Part shown: positions 32,880-42,438 of the stretch, one piece after another
Layout of the letters: every line of letters begins with the position of its first letter
How positions within the stretch are numbered: position 1 is the first letter of the stretch
From: Gemmatimonadaceae bacterium
GTDB taxonomy: Bacteria; Gemmatimonadota; Gemmatimonadetes; Gemmatimonadales; Gemmatimonadaceae
Assembly (NCBI GenBank): GCA_045803545.1
Contig: JBJMOW010000005.1
Coordinates: 832,001-896,000, forward strand
Length of the DNA stretch: 64,000 nt
Direction of reading: 5' to 3'
Notes under the pieces: model-generated
What the model was told of the DNA's origin: nothing
Databases searched by the model: none
The model's input: the letters and a program-made list of their open reading frames with translations, nothing else
Position numbers and translations under genes: made by a program

Positions 32880-33135
32880 AGTCCCTTTCAGGTCCTGGCT
32901 CGAACTCCGCTCCGCCACTACCGGCCGATCCAAACTTCGGCGCTGTGATTCCACCGGAGGTCGTGTGCGGCGGGTTCGATACGTCGTTACGACCCTCGGC
33001 CGGGTCTTCGTCGCGCGGATCGCGAACGCCGGGCTCTTCGACTCTCGATTTGGTGTTCGGCTCGCGCCCGATGCGCGAGTTTTCCTCATCGGTGCCGTGC
33101 GGTAGGTCGGCGCCTCTATTTCTCTCGTCTGCCAT
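32878..33135 (-). CDS. Small acidic hydrophilic hypothetical protein
   Basis: AGGAG ribosome-binding site (RBS) before ATG; 85 aa ORF with NPPHTT..GITAPKFGSAGSGGAE segment. Confidence 0.7.
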
Positions 33136-33183
33136 CACATCTCCTTGGGAAATCTGAGGGTAGTGGCGCATGCAACGTGCCCG

Positions 33184-33228
33184 AAAGAAAAAAAGCCCGG
33201 TACTGCATCTCGCAGTACCGGGCTTTCT
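33184..33228 (-). terminator. Rho-independent terminator downstream of the TonB-dependent receptor
   Basis: Perfect stem AAAGCCCGGTACTGC / GCAGTACCGGGCTTT with U-tract on minus strand. Confidence 0.88.
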
Positions 33229-33243
33229 GTTATCGGAATTGCT

Positions 33244-35733
33244 TTACGGGAAGACCGGCGCCGGTGCCGGCTGATCCTGCTGCGGCTGGCGGATTCTGGG
33301 TGGCTTGCCGTAGTTCCACTGGAATGTGAAGTACGTCGCGCGCACGCCGAACTGCCGCTGCGTGACCTGCTCTAGATAATCGTCGCCCGCCTTGATCTTG
33401 AATTTCATCTGGTTGAACGGATCCGCGAAACGAACCGCGACGCTCATGTTGTCGCCATCCAGCTTCTTCCGAACGGTGATGTTGGTCATCTGGAAGGACG
33501 AGAACTTGCCCTTTTCGATCTTCATCGGACCGCGATAGAAGTAGTTCGCCTGCAGAATCACCGTCGGATTGATCTGCGTCGTGGCATTGAGACGTGCCGA
33601 CCACGCAATCGCGTTCGATCCGAGCGCCGACTGTGATCCACCATCGGTCACCATCTTGAACACGTTCAGGCCGGCGAGCGCATTGAGCTTCGGCCCAAGG
33701 CGCAGGTTGCCATTCAGGTCGGTTCCCCACGAATCACTCTTGGCGAGATTCTGGAAGCTCACCGACGTCACCTCACGATTGTCAACCGTGTCGGCAGTGT
33801 TGATGTCCACGCGAATGACGTCCTTGGTGTGGCGGTAGAACGGTGACAGCTGAATCGAGCCAAGCTGGCCGGTCTTGCTCGCGCCCAGCTCGATCGCGTC
33901 GGTGTACTCCGGAGTCAAACGAGGATTACCAATGAACACGTTTTGCTGATCGAAGAACACCGGGAATGGATTGAGCTCCTGGGTTCCGGGCCTGCGAATG
34001 CGTCGTGAGTAGCTGGCCTTCAACTGCGTCTGTTCACTCGGCTTGAACATGATCGCGCCGCTCGGGAAGAGCGCGTGATAGTTGAACGGGACAGCCTGTG
34101 CACCGGCGAGGTCGAAGTTGCGCGACGACCACTCAGCGCGAAGACCACCCTGCAGATCGAACTTGCCGACGCTCTGGCTGAGTACCCCGTAACCGGCGTG
34201 CGTCTGCTCATCGAAGTTGAAGGTGTTGCTCAAATTGCTCGCCGCCCAGGCACCGTTGCCGAGGGCATCTTTGTAGACCTGATAGCTCTTGTCGTACCAG
34301 CGATCGGTTTCCTTGAGGCCGGTTTCGAGCTTGGACTTCGCCCACAGCGGGCGCGTGTAGTCCGTCTGCGCAGTCAGCTGGCGGGTGAGCGCGCTGTTGG
34401 AATCAATCTCACCCTGAATCGGCGAACCGGCTGTGCTGCCATCCTGGTTCTGCGGCTCGCGCCACAGCAAAGTGTTGTCTTCATCGCGTGAGCGATTAAA
34501 GCGCACTTCGCTGGACAACTCGTGGGTGCGAGGAGTGATGGTATGCTTCCACGACAGTGAGTTGTCCCAAGTAAGACCACGCGCCTTGGTGTTGCGATCC
34601 ATCACATAGCGATCGAGGAATGTCTGGCTCGCGTCCAGATCCTCATAGCCCGCCAGCGCCGCGTCGTTGTTGTGACGACGGTTTGCCGTAAGCGAATTGG
34701 ATACGACGTCCTTGTCGGTGAGCTTGTAGTCAATGTTTCCGGTGAAGTTGTGACCGCCGTTGCTGGTGGCACCGTCGATGTCCTGGTTCTGATAATCCTG
34801 TGGTGCACCGGTCGGCGTGAAGCGCGAACGATCGTTGAGGCCAGTGATGGCGCGATCATCCGCGTTGAAGCCGTAAGTGCCGAACAACGTGACGGGGCCG
34901 CTCTGATAGCCGACGTTAGCGCCAGTGTTGAAGCGGCTCGGCGTCGCGAACCCAGTGTTGAGGCCCGCGCTCAGACCAAGATCGGCGTTTGTCTTGAGCA
35001 CGATGTTGATGATGCCGGCCATTCCGTCCGGATCGTACTTGGCGGAAGGATTGGGTACGACTTCGACGCGCTCGACGATGTTCGCCGGGATCTGCTTGAG
35101 ATACGCGGCAAGCTGAGTGCCCTTGATCGGCGTCGGGCGGCCGTTGATCTGAATGACGACGTTTTCGTTACCGCGAAGACTGACCTTGCCATCCTGATCG
35201 ACTTCGACGGACGGCGTCGCCTGCAGCACGTCGCTCGCATTTGCCGCTGCCGGAGCGACGTCCTTGGCGCGATAGGTGTTGCGGTCGGGCTCGATGACGA
35301 CGGTCGGCTTTTCGCCAGTCACTTGCACGGCCTGCAATTGCACGGAGACGCGCGAGAGCTTGATGGTCCCGACGTTCGCGACCGGCGCAGTCGGCGCGAT
35401 CGTGAATTCAGGGGTGTTCATCGGAGTAAATCCAATGCCCGAGACGCGCAGATAGTATGTGCCGGGTCGGAGACCCTGCACGCGGAAGCTGCCGTCTTCG
35501 GCGCCATAGGTGCCGGTGACGAGCTTGCCATCGGACTTGTTGCGGACGGCGACCGCCGGGCGCGCAACGGCGAGTCCAGTGCTGTCGGCGGCGACGATCG
35601 AACCGCGTACTTCACCCGCGGGGGCGGGAGGTTGACCTTGGGCAGCCGGGTTAGCCCCGGGATTCTGGGCAGATAAAGGTGCGGCGGCGAGGTTCAGGAG
35701 GAGTGCGAGTACTGCGAACAGGATACGCTTCAT
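33244..35733 (-). CDS. TonB-dependent receptor / outer-membrane beta-barrel with N-terminal carboxypeptidase-regulatory-like domain
   Basis: Signal peptide MKRILF; plug motif VERVEVVPNPSAKYDPDGMAGIINIVLK; GNPRLTPE. Confidence 0.9.
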   Translation of the reverse strand: MKRILFAVLALLLNLAAAPLSAQNPGANPAAQGQPPAPAGEVRGSIVAADSTGLAVARPAVAVRNKSDGKLVTGTYGAEDGSFRVQGLRPGTYYLRVSGIGFTPMNTPEFTIAPTAPVANVGTIKLSRVSVQLQAVQVTGEKPTVVIEPDRNTYRAKDVAPAAANASDVLQATPSVEVDQDGKVSLRGNENVVIQINGRPTPIKGTQLAAYLKQIPANIVERVEVVPNPSAKYDPDGMAGIINIVLKTNADLGLSAGLNTGFATPSRFNTGANVGYQSGPVTLFGTYGFNADDRAITGLNDRSRFTPTGAPQDYQNQDIDGATSNGGHNFTGNIDYKLTDKDVVSNSLTANRRHNNDAALAGYEDLDASQTFLDRYVMDRNTKARGLTWDNSLSWKHTITPRTHELSSEVRFNRSRDEDNTLLWREPQNQDGSTAGSPIQGEIDSNSALTRQLTAQTDYTRPLWAKSKLETGLKETDRWYDKSYQVYKDALGNGAWAASNLSNTFNFDEQTHAGYGVLSQSVGKFDLQGGLRAEWSSRNFDLAGAQAVPFNYHALFPSGAIMFKPSEQTQLKASYSRRIRRPGTQELNPFPVFFDQQNVFIGNPRLTPEYTDAIELGASKTGQLGSIQLSPFYRHTKDVIRVDINTADTVDNREVTSVSFQNLAKSDSWGTDLNGNLRLGPKLNALAGLNVFKMVTDGGSQSALGSNAIAWSARLNATTQINPTVILQANYFYRGPMKIEKGKFSSFQMTNITVRKKLDGDNMSVAVRFADPFNQMKFKIKAGDDYLEQVTQRQFGVRATYFTFQWNYGKPPRIRQPQQDQPAPAPVFP

Positions 35734-35812
35734 GGCCAGCTCAGTGTAGGAGTGGTCTTCAATTGTAGGGCGAGCAGGGAAAAACCCCCAGCTTAGTCTT
35801 CCCGCACTACGA

Positions 35813-35843
35813 TTTTGACGCTGCGGGGTTTCAAAAGGTTGGC
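35813..35843 (-). promoter_or_regulatory. Putative ECF-sigma promoter CCAAC-N17-CGTCAA
   Basis: Minus strand CCAACCTTTTGAAACCCCGCAGCGTCAAAA, about 80 nt upstream of receptor ATG. Confidence 0.4.
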
Positions 35844-35931
35844 GCTGGTTTGATAAGAGCAGACGAGAAAGTCTGCGAACGGTCAAAGGCTCGCGGCCAG
35901 CGGTCACGGGATGTCGTTCAGCAGCATCCGG

Positions 35932-36411
35932 TTAGCTCTTGGCAGGCTTCGGAGCTGGCCGATTCCTCGATTTTGCGGACTCGCGCATCACTGTGCGAAC
36001 CAGGCGGTTCCATCCGGGGTGTTTTCGTTCCAGCTCAGCTGTAGCCCAGCCATTTAGATCGCAAAGCCCCAGCGCGACAGCAGGCGATCGGCTGATGCCC
36101 ATGTTGCAGTGGAGAATGATGCGGTCGAAATCAGGCGCTCCTTCGATGAAGTCGCTGATTGCGCTCGCGTGGTCCGTCGCGAACAAGACGTCGAGCGGAT
36201 CACCGCTTTCGGTGACATCACTGAAGTACATGCGGACCACTGCCTTGAATCGCGAAGACAATCGAGCCGGCTTGGCGTACGGATCCGAAATCGAAATGCA
36301 GATTTCTTTTCGCCGCGGCTCATAGCGTTCGACTTCTTCCCGCGAAAGCACGATGAGCTCTGGATCCGTCCTTCGCTGTCCGTTGTGCGACGTTCCTTTG
36401 GTGCGCGCCAT
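35932..36411 (-). CDS. Predicted protein-tyrosine-phosphatase-like protein
   Basis: ISISDP and HCNMGISRS (CX5R) motif; TAATG overlap with upstream gene. Confidence 0.75.
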   Translation of the reverse strand: MARTKGTSHNGQRRTDPELIVLSREEVERYEPRRKEICISISDPYAKPARLSSRFKAVVRMYFSDVTESGDPLDVLFATDHASAISDFIEGAPDFDRIILHCNMGISRSPAVALGLCDLNGWATAELERKHPGWNRLVRTVMRESAKSRNRPAPKPAKS

Positions 36412-36899
36412 TACTTGGGCGGAGGCCAAGCGCCCAGAACGCGCCGAGTCGATACGATCTGTCCAACGTGATAAGCGGCGTGATCGAGGGCCACCAGCAC
36501 GGTACGGAGGTACGTCTGGCCGGTGCCGTGGGGAATCTTCGTCGTCAGATCGATTTCGGTCTCCGTGATGAACCTCTCCAGAGCCATGCGGTCCTTTCGC
36601 CACGAGGCGACGGTCTCGTTCCACGCCTTGTCGCTGGCTGGGGCCTGGGTCTTTGGCCAGTAGTCGTCAGGCCATTTGAGCTTTTCTTCGTAGTCTGGAT
36701 TCTTGACGAAGTCGAGCAGGTCGTGCTGGGTGATTCGAATGTGCTCTAGCAGCTCCCAGACTGAGTGAGGCAATCCCGGTGGGCGTCGTCCCCGCAGCTC
36801 GGACGACAAGCCCTTGATCGAACTTTCGAGCGAGCCGTGCGACTGCTCCCAGTTCAGCGAAGAAGCCACGATCGCGCGCCAGTCCTCCTTCTTCGCCAT
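36411..36899 (-). CDS. DinB family protein
   Basis: HSVWELLEHIR, DHAAYHVGQI; GGAGGAG RBS. Confidence 0.88.
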   Translation of the reverse strand: MAKKEDWRAIVASSLNWEQSHGSLESSIKGLSSELRGRRPPGLPHSVWELLEHIRITQHDLLDFVKNPDYEEKLKWPDDYWPKTQAPASDKAWNETVASWRKDRMALERFITETEIDLTTKIPHGTGQTYLRTVLVALDHAAYHVGQIVSTRRVLGAWPPPK

Positions 36900-36998
36900 A
36901 CTCCTCCATTAGGTGAGACCTGAATGATGCGCCACTTGCGCAACGACGCCAGCCCTCTCAACATTGGCCGCCCTGCCCCTGCCGTAACGGAGAAGCCG

Positions 36999-37115
36999 AT
37001 GCCCGACGTCCGACCGAGCCGCAGCGTGGTGAAAGCAGTCCTGACCGACCTTCAGTTCTGGGTGCCTGTCGCGGTTCTGGCTGGCGGCTTGTTTGTCCTG
37101 CGCTGGATCTCGTGA
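36999..37115 (+). CDS. Small single-TM protein (38 aa) coupled to transporter
   Basis: GGAG RBS; LTDLQFWVPVAVLAGGLFVLRWI; GTGA overlap with next gene. Confidence 0.65.
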   Translation: MPDVRPSRSVVKAVLTDLQFWVPVAVLAGGLFVLRWIS

Positions 37116-38428
37116 GCGCGGTCGAAGTCGAGGTAGTCGAGCCGGACCCGCCCGGCGTGCTTGCACCGCAGCGACTGCGGACCCTGCAAAGCGTCGGCAT
37201 GCTCTGTGGGCTGACCGCTGGAGCATGGCTCGGCGCCGCCGAAGCACCGACGAAGCTGGTGACGCTTGGCCTGTCGCCGGTGGTGATTTCGTTGACGATG
37301 GTGATCGGCGTTTTTCTGGCGCGCTGGACGCTGCCGGCGCTGATACAAGGAACGTCATACATCGCCGCCGACTTGCGTCAGGCACCGCATCTGATCGTTT
37401 GGGCTATACTCGCTGGCTGCTTGTGGGCAGTGGCCAACACGCTAACCGTTTTCGCGGTGCGCGACGTCGGCTTGAGCATCGCGTTCCCACTCTGGAACAG
37501 CAACAGCCTGCTCGGAATCCTCTGGGGGGTTGTTTTCTTCAAGGAACTGCGTGGGGCCGATTGGCGTCGATGGCTCGGAGTATTGGGGGGAGCGCTGTTG
37601 ATGTTCGTCGGCGCCACAGCGCTGGCGATCGCATCCGCGTCGCAGGTCCCGGGGAAAGATGCAGCGCGGGGAATAGTCGCTGCCCTGTCGGCAGGCGTGA
37701 TGTGGGGAACGATGTACATCCCATATCGCAAAGCGTATCTGACCGGTATGAGCCCGCTGTCGTTCGTGACGTTTTTCACAGTCGGCGAGCTGGGAATGAT
37801 GACCATTCTCGCGCTCACCTATTCCGGCGGAGCCGGCGCATTGTGGACTCAGATCTCGGGAGCGAGACAAATTCTTTTCTGGCTGCTCGCGGGCGGATTC
37901 ATCTGGGTCATCGGCGACCTGTTTCAGCAGTACGCGGTCAAGTACGCCGGCATCACCCGCGGCATCCCGCTATCGAACACCAACCAGCTGTGGGGATTGC
38001 TCTGGGGAATTCTCGTTTTTGGCGAGCTCCACGCTGCTTCAGGTTCCGTACTCGCGCAGGTAGTCGGTGGTTCGCTGGTGATGGCGATTGGAGCGGGCGT
38101 GATCGCATTATCGTCGGTGAGTCGGAGCGAGCACGCGAGCTGGCAGGAAGCGGCCGAGCGGGAAGGCGCGCGTTACGGGGTCCGGGCGGAGTACACTCAG
38201 GCGCGGATTGCGGGAGAAGGCGGTGCAATTGGAGCGACACGCCGACGCAGCGGACTGGACTGGGCGGTCGTTGGAGTCGCGACTGCGATCATCGTCGGCT
38301 TCGCGCTCGTCGCTCGACCGCCGCAGATCAGCATTCACGTCGGCTGGTCGATGGCGTTGATCGTTGCGACGGTTGCGATGCTGGTCGCTGCCGGTTCAGC
38401 CCTCTGGAGAGCGACGCGTTTTAACTGA
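37112..38428 (+). CDS. DMT-superfamily (GRP-like) sugar/solute transporter
   Basis: Two internal repeats (VGLSIAFPLWNSN / AGITRGIPLSNTN; WGVVFFKEL / WGILVFGEL); about 12 TM. Confidence 0.82.
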   Translation: MSAVEVEVVEPDPPGVLAPQRLRTLQSVGMLCGLTAGAWLGAAEAPTKLVTLGLSPVVISLTMVIGVFLARWTLPALIQGTSYIAADLRQAPHLIVWAILAGCLWAVANTLTVFAVRDVGLSIAFPLWNSNSLLGILWGVVFFKELRGADWRRWLGVLGGALLMFVGATALAIASASQVPGKDAARGIVAALSAGVMWGTMYIPYRKAYLTGMSPLSFVTFFTVGELGMMTILALTYSGGAGALWTQISGARQILFWLLAGGFIWVIGDLFQQYAVKYAGITRGIPLSNTNQLWGLLWGILVFGELHAASGSVLAQVVGGSLVMAIGAGVIALSSVSRSEHASWQEAAEREGARYGVRAEYTQARIAGEGGAIGATRRRSGLDWAVVGVATAIIVGFALVARPPQISIHVGWSMALIVATVAMLVAAGSALWRATRFN

Positions 38429-38469
38429 GTTCTCTCCGAGCGATATCGCGTCCACGCGAGTCGAGTCGC

Positions 38470-39177
38470 TTACTTTTTCCGAAGAGCCTGGCTGATGGCC
38501 GCTTCCACAAGCGGGACCATGACGCGGTATCCGGCCTCGGTCGGATGGACTCCGTCGGAAGCGAGTCCGGCTCTCATTCCGCCTTTGTCGTCGGACATCG
38601 CCGAGTGGTAGTCGAGATAGACCGCGCCGCGCAACGCAGCGTAGTCCTTGATCCACTTGTTGAGAGCAATGACCTTGGGTGCCGGATCGAGACCGGGGCG
38701 CCAGGGGAAATCGGCGGCTGGAAGAACCGACGAGAGAACGACGCGAATTCCGTTGGACTGCGCCAGCTCGGTCATCGAAGCGAGATTGTCCTCGATCATC
38801 TCCAACGTAGACGGGCCGGTATTGCCCGCGATGTCGTTGATACCCGCCAGAATCACGACCACTTTCGGTTTCAACGCGATAACGTCCTGACGGAAGCGAA
38901 GCACCATCTGCGGTGTCGTCTGGCCACCGATGCCGCGATTGACGTACGGCTTGCCGGCGAACTGGGTCGGGAAATACTGCGTCCACCCTTCTGTGATGGA
39001 GTTCCCGAGGAACACCACGCGGCTCTCATCGGCAGCCGGCGGTGATAGCTGCGCATTCGCGTCACGATACTTGGCAAGATTTGGCCAGTCCGTACGAAGC
39101 GGATCGGTCTGGGTCTGACCGTTCGAGTTAACAGCGTTGATCATGAGCAGCGCTACCGCGACCAGGATTTTTTTCAT
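38470..39177 (-). CDS. SGNH/GDSL hydrolase, secreted
   Basis: GNSIT, NRGIGGQ, GIND, DGVHP. Confidence 0.93.
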   Translation of the reverse strand: MKKILVAVALLMINAVNSNGQTQTDPLRTDWPNLAKYRDANAQLSPPAADESRVVFLGNSITEGWTQYFPTQFAGKPYVNRGIGGQTTPQMVLRFRQDVIALKPKVVVILAGINDIAGNTGPSTLEMIEDNLASMTELAQSNGIRVVLSSVLPAADFPWRPGLDPAPKVIALNKWIKDYAALRGAVYLDYHSAMSDDKGGMRAGLASDGVHPTEAGYRVMVPLVEAAISQALRKK

Positions 39178-39211
39178 CGGTGACCTCGCAGGGAAACAAT
39201 CTCCCTGGAAT

Positions 39212-39463
39212 TCATTGCCAGTTGCAATAGATCACGCTGTGCAGCGCCGCGGATTTGTACACATCCGGCGCCACTCGGCAGATCGTCGCGTCGGGAGCGA
39301 CAAGCGTGTCGGGGTCCTTCTTCGACATGACTTCCTTGTGGTACATGCCGAGCTTCGCGCCGGTGAGGACGACTCCATTGGGCGAAGGCTCCACGTAGAT
39401 CGGCCGATGCGTGCAGGCGATAACGCTCGCAGCTGCAGCTGCAACGAGGATCCAGGCTTTCAC
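39212..39463 (-). CDS. Small hypothetical lipoprotein
   Basis: GAGGTG start, lipobox VIAC, two further Cys. Confidence 0.6.
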   Translation of the reverse strand: MKAWILVAAAAASVIACTHRPIYVEPSPNGVVLTGAKLGMYHKEVMSKKDPDTLVAPDATICRVAPDVYKSAALHSVIYCNWQ

Positions 39464-39464
39464 C

Positions 39465-39731
39465 TCAGGCAAACCGCTTGAGAGACCGCTCACGCGCCTT
39501 CACCATCTCCACTTCCCGATTACGCGGCGGCGCGGTGGTTTTGAGAGAGTGAATGAGTTTGTTCGCGACGGCTGTGACTTCCGCCACCGCCTCGTTGAAC
39601 GCCGCTTCATTGGCGCGCGACGGCTTGGTGGTGCCACTCAGCTTGCGCACGAACTGCAGCGCTGACGCCGCGATTTCGTCGTGGGTTGCTGGAGGCTCGA
39701 AGTTGGCGAGGGTTTTGATGTTTCGGCACAT
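39465..39731 (-). CDS. DUF2277 family protein
   Basis: MCRNIKTL.NFEPPAT, ALQFVRKLSG. Confidence 0.88.
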   Translation of the reverse strand: MCRNIKTLANFEPPATHDEIAASALQFVRKLSGTTKPSRANEAAFNEAVAEVTAVANKLIHSLKTTAPPRNREVEMVKARERSLKRFA

Positions 39732-39744
39732 ATTGAAATTCCGG

Positions 39745-40185
39745 CTAACGGACGCACTGAAAGTAGATGGGTCGTAATGCTACTGTGTCGACTTCGCCCG
39801 CTGCAACATTGACATCGCTCGAGTCCGCTTTGTGGGCGAAGGCGCGAACAAATAGACGATAGCGGCCGGGCGCGAGCCCGTCGAGAACGAACCCGCCGAG
39901 GCTGTCAGCGGTCGCAGTATTGTGGGCGCCGTTGGGCGAATCACCCGGCGTTAGTGCGAGGATTGGATAGTGCGGTAGCGCTCCGCCTGAATCGGAGAGC
40001 GTTCCGATGACTGCGCCGGTGCCCGAACGCAGCGAGGGTGCGCGCGGGAGCTGAGCGGCCGTGCCTTTGGTGCGCACGTGCGTCGTGCAGCGTCCTGTTA
40101 ACAGCGATACATCTGTCGAGGTGCGGCGGTTGCAGGCGCTCGCAATTACGAGCGCCAGTAAGAGAAGGCTATACTTCGCGGCCAA
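39745..40185 (-). CDS. Lipoprotein with carboxypeptidase-regulatory-like domain
   Basis: Lipobox ASAC; ADSLGGFVLDGLAPGRYRL. Confidence 0.7.
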   Translation of the reverse strand: MAAKYSLLLLALVIASACNRRTSTDVSLLTGRCTTHVRTKGTAAQLPRAPSLRSGTGAVIGTLSDSGGALPHYPILALTPGDSPNGAHNTATADSLGGFVLDGLAPGRYRLFVRAFAHKADSSDVNVAAGEVDTVALRPIYFQCVR

Positions 40186-40690
40186 TCGTCCTCAACCGCC
40201 GTCTCACGCGCCGCGGCAAGAAAAACGCGGCGGCGACGAGCACGCGCTCGAGATCCATTGAGCGAAGCTGCGCAGGATCTCCCATCCAATGGTCTTCGAT
40301 CACGCCGCGCCCGGCATTGGCGATCAACCGTTGCAGCGCCAGGACGAGGACGAACAGATCGTCGATCTCACCGAGGAAGGGGATGTAGTCGGGAATGAAA
40401 TCCATCGGCAGCAGGATGTAAGCGATAGCACCGCCGACGAGCAGCTTGTCGGTGTTCGAGACCCGCTTGTCTGCCATCAGACCGCCGAGCAGGCGCAGAA
40501 AGTTGGGCAGCTCTTTCATCGTCGACATGATGGTGCCGCGAGCCGGAGTCGCCGGCGCGCCGGACGCATTGGAACTCGAGCGCGCACTCTGCGGTCCACG
40601 AGCAGAACGGGCTGACGATGACGAGGTCGTGGAAGACCGGCGCTTTTTTGCGTTCGATGCGGACTGCGAGCGCGCTGACTGTGTTCTCAC
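40169..40690 (-). CDS. YkvA/DUF1232 family membrane protein
   Basis: YILLPMDFIPDYIPFLGEIDD. Confidence 0.9.
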   Translation of the reverse strand: MRTQSARSQSASNAKKRRSSTTSSSSARSARGPQSARSSSNASGAPATPARGTIMSTMKELPNFLRLLGGLMADKRVSNTDKLLVGGAIAYILLPMDFIPDYIPFLGEIDDLFVLVLALQRLIANAGRGVIEDHWMGDPAQLRSMDLERVLVAAAFFLPRRVRRRLRTIGREV

Positions 40691-41112
40691 TTACGCTGAT
40701 CTCCAGGTGGCGGCGTTGGTGGAACGTCGGTCGATGCCGACTCTGGCGCCGACGCAGCCGACGTGGGCGGACCGGAGGGTGCGCCCGGCGACGGCTTCGG
40801 AGCAGTTACCGAAGAAACGACTCCCGCAATCTCACTTGCAACTGACTTGCCAGCATTGGCCACGTCTGTCACGACCCCGACGGCCTTGTTCATCACGTTC
40901 ATGGTGCCGGCGATCGCTGTCGCCGACATTTTGCCGGCGCGCAGAGTGTCTTCCACTCCCTCGGCGAAGCGCTTCAGCGGGTTCGGCGACGTCGAAGGCT
41001 TCGGCGCGTACTTCGACTCCAGAAAATCGATGTAGTCGAGGATCTGGTAGATCCGCTCTTCCGGAAGCGTGGCGAGCTTCCGAATCAGGCGCTCGCGCAG
41101 GATGTCGTTCAT
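40687..41112 (-). CDS. Hypothetical protein (DUF2281-like N-terminal helical segment)
   Basis: LPEERIYQILDYIDFLESKY; GTGA overlap with downstream gene. Confidence 0.65.
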   Translation of the reverse strand: MNDILRERLIRKLATLPEERIYQILDYIDFLESKYAPKPSTSPNPLKRFAEGVEDTLRAGKMSATAIAGTMNVMNKAVGVVTDVANAGKSVASEIAGVVSSVTAPKPSPGAPSGPPTSAASAPESASTDVPPTPPPGDQRK

Positions 41113-41155
41113 CGTAGGACTAATCTCAATTACGGGAACCCGTTGCGCCAGCTAC

Positions 41156-41337
41156 GACCGACTGAGGACTAATGCACAAAAGGTAGGCAGTCCACAGAGT
41201 AGCTCAGGGTTGGGTTCGCAGCTACGATCGTGGCCGTGTCAGACTGACGAATCTACGAATCGCGAGAACATCGCTGTGAACTGACTCCTGTGCTCCTCTG
41301 CGGACTGCCTACCTTTTTGTGGAGTTGGTCAGCGGTC
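41156..41337. repeat. About 180-bp intergenic palindrome / candidate structured RNA
   Basis: CACAAAAGGTAGGCAGTCCACAGAG pairs with CTCTGCGGACTGCCTACCTTTTTGTG; inner GTTCGCAGC / GCTGTGAAC. Confidence 0.75.
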
Positions 41338-41349
41338 ACCAGTGAACCA

Positions 41350-42426
41350 TCACCCGCCGCCGCGCCACCTCGCCCGTCTCCCGCGCACATCGATGTGTAC
41401 GTAATTCGTGCTGGAGTGACCGGTGGTGTAAATGCCGAGGCCGCCGACGAGCTCGGGGTGCTTCAGCTCGACGATCTCGACGGCGAGTCCGACCATGCGG
41501 CTGTCGATCGCGGTGATCTTGCCGTCGCCGTTGGCGTCGATCGCGACGTCGGCGGCATCGCCGTACTGGTGTTGACTGTCGCTCGCCGCGCGGCGCACAC
41601 GATTGTTGTGCGCGGGCGCGCGGAAACCTGAGTGAACGTCCAGCTCCACGTCAGCCACCGCTTTGTCGCCGTGCCAGCGCGCGATCTCCTGAATCACCAG
41701 CTCCAGCTTGTCCAGCAACTTCGGATTAACCGCGGCGAAACTGGGCCAAACGCCCTGCTGATCGTGATTGAGGAAGTCGCCAACTCTGAGATGTTTGGTG
41801 ATAGGAATATCGAGGTCGGCGGGTCTGATCTCCAGAAATCCCTCGGGCGGCGGCTGCTTGCCTCGAATGCGCTCGGCGAGGTAGGTGCCGATGCGATATC
41901 CGTGCAGCATGCTGCCTTGCTTCTCCTCGAACGGCACCAGCACCGCGAGTGTCAGTCCTTCGACCGCGCGTTGCTGATCTGCCTTGATCAGCGCCATATG
42001 GAAGAAGCCGGCTTCCGGCGGCGCGTTGACCTTGTCGCCCGCGAGCGGCTGCGGATTGGTCGCGAGAGCAGTATCGCCGACACGGATCCACGCATACTCC
42101 AGCGCTGTCGGATCACCATGGACGTCGAGCGGATAAGAAATTTCCTGGGCCGGCATCGCGAAGGCGAGCTTCACTTCCCCGCTGGCGCCGAACGCGCTGA
42201 CCGACGGGTTTGCGAGCGGAACTACCGCGCGCGTAAAAGTGCCGATCGGCTTCTCGGTGGCGTCACCCGCTGCCTGCAGAAACTGGAACGCTCCGACGGC
42301 CGCGATGGCAGCGACCGCGAGCCAGATAAGTCGGCCGACATGGCGCCTCCTGACCGGTAGATCATCAGGAAGAGCGAGCTCTTCGCCGGTTGGACGGCGT
42401 CTGTCGCCTACAACTGCCGATGTCAA
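41350..42426 (-). CDS. Membrane-anchored peptidase M15A (YcbK/DUF882-like) peptidoglycan peptidase
   Basis: SGFR...N, SQHQYGDAAD, YVHIDVRG zinc motifs; N-terminal TM. Confidence 0.85.
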   Translation of the reverse strand: MTSAVVGDRRRPTGEELALPDDLPVRRRHVGRLIWLAVAAIAAVGAFQFLQAAGDATEKPIGTFTRAVVPLANPSVSAFGASGEVKLAFAMPAQEISYPLDVHGDPTALEYAWIRVGDTALATNPQPLAGDKVNAPPEAGFFHMALIKADQQRAVEGLTLAVLVPFEEKQGSMLHGYRIGTYLAERIRGKQPPPEGFLEIRPADLDIPITKHLRVGDFLNHDQQGVWPSFAAVNPKLLDKLELVIQEIARWHGDKAVADVELDVHSGFRAPAHNNRVRRAASDSQHQYGDAADVAIDANGDGKITAIDSRMVGLAVEIVELKHPELVGGLGIYTTGHSSTNYVHIDVRGRRARWRGGG

Positions 42427-42438
42427 AAGACTTCTGTT

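Noticed and set aside
37093..38424. Long alternative-frame or antisense ORFs (e.g. 37093-38424, 53449-54519, 59784-60881, 34672-35676, 20518-21474)
   Set aside because: These are Arg/Ala/Gly-rich shadow ORFs typical of high-GC DNA and overlap well-supported genes.
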